This document shows positions 63,455-64,000 of a DNA stretch of 64,000 nt, in pieces. Both the position numbers and the translations under genes were made by a program. The stretch covers positions 26,897 to 90,896 of the forward strand of contig JAIDCJ010000019.1 of NCBI GenBank assembly GCA_029055875.1, given 5' to 3'. Positions within the stretch are counted from its first letter, which is position 1, and each line of letters opens with the position of its first letter. The DNA comes from Clostridia bacterium (GTDB lineage Bacteria > Bacillota > Clostridia > Christensenellales > Borkfalkiaceae). The notes below the pieces were generated by a model. That model ran no database searches, had not been told where the DNA came from, and saw only the letters and a program-made list of their open reading frames with translations.

Positions 63455-64000
63455 TTACATAAGATTTCCGATTGGATGAAAGAGCATCACTAACAATATC
63501 AATTCTACAAAGCAAACCGCCAAAACGAAACTCAGCAATATAAGGAAATCCCGCAAGAGCATCAAAAAATCTTCTCGTTTGAAACGGAAACATTTCGCCC
63601 TTCCGAACGAAAGTGTGCTCGCACTGATAAAGATTACGTCCAACAATAAATGTACCGGCAGGTAAAGCACAAACACAATTAGTGCGCCCGACATTTTATA
63701 GACGGAAAAGAATATTGCAAGACTTCCGCCAAACGTGTATGCCCGGTAAGAAAAGACTAATGAAGGCAAGATTAATCCCGCCCAGTGAACACCCGCACAA
63801 AGAATGATTGCAAGGTAAACCGTATTTCCTAAAAACCGTTCCAAAAATATAATAAAGACGCTCTCGTTAGAAAAGCAAACGCGGTCAACGTAGCGGTCGC
63901 ATAAATTGATGTGATACGCATAAATTGCGGGTGTTTTGATAAATACAATACCCAGAACAATAAATATCACATAAACGCAGGCAAGCGCAATAAGCGTTTT
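63455..64000 (-). CDS. SpoIIM/DUF95-like integral membrane protein (5' end beyond the window)
   Basis: Polytopic membrane protein. The frame stays open upstream of GTG 63970 to the window edge. The sporulation-type neighbourhood is only weak support. Confidence 0.4.
   Translation of the reverse strand, partial: KTLIALACVYVIFIVLGIVFIKTPAIYAYHINLCDRYVDRVCFSNESVFIIFLERFLGNTVYLAIILCAGVHWAGLILPSLVFSYRAYTFGGSLAIFFSVYKMSGALIVFVLYLPVHLLLDVIFISASTLSFGRAKCFRFKREDFLMLLRDFLILLSFVLAVCFVELILLVMLFHPIGNLM

Noticed and set aside
1-64000. CRISPR arrays, rRNA genes, reverse transcriptase/retron or DGR signatures, toxin-antitoxin pairs, and the many antisense ORFs nested in large genes.
   Set aside because: - No spacer-repeat periodicity was seen.
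- No RT motifs (YxDD) occur in any sizeable ORF.
- The nested antisense ORFs lack RBSs, have biased composition, and lie opposite well-supported genes.

Overview
The window holds about 38 kb of Firmicutes/Clostridia-type core chromosome. A 25.6 kb integrative conjugative element (ICE) interrupts it at 35122..60699.

Chromosomal part:
- 1..5.2 kb, + strand: M50 site-2 protease, scpA, scpB, ytfI/ytfJ-like sporulation pair, dacB-like carboxypeptidase, rluB.
- From 5.2 kb on, everything is on the - strand: lexA, hflX, an XerS-like tyrosine recombinase, a GH13 amylase, and a Bacillus-style glgB-C-D-A-P glycogen operon.
- Then murC, csp, htpG, an ispH/S1 fusion, plsC, an AroH chorismate mutase-cmk fusion, and a YhiN-type flavoprotein.
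- Then a Na+-translocating biotin decarboxylase cluster with two different carboxyltransferases, a TVP38/DedA membrane protein, and rnhA.
- After the ICE: tRNA-Trp, lysA, a dacF-like carboxypeptidase, and a partial SpoIIM-like gene.

The ICE is bounded by a perfect 44 bp direct repeat, which is the 3' part of tRNA-Trp(CCA). All of its genes are on the - strand:
- Regulation and maintenance: XRE regulator, a 295 aa unknown protein, a ParA/RHH (ParF/ParG-like) partition pair, and a wHTH protein followed by iterons.
- DNA processing: an ArdC-primase polyvalent protein of 1389 aa, a MobC-like protein plus a MOBP-type relaxase, and a candidate oriT.
- Transfer: type IV coupling protein (T4CP), a 1876 aa surface adhesin, a VirB2-like protein, a VirB6-like protein, a VirB3/B4 fusion ATPase, SSB, and a lipoprotein.
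- Integration: a tyrosine integrase.

Most notable signals:
1. The palindrome GTACGTAC occurs as tandem pairs or a triple at essentially every transcription-unit junction of the ICE.
2. A duplicated 96 nt leader carries a compensatory base-pair change.
3. An oriT-like region has a YATCCTG|Y nick core next to three GTGAGTCAC palindromes.

No CRISPR array, rRNA, reverse transcriptase or phage structural genes were seen.
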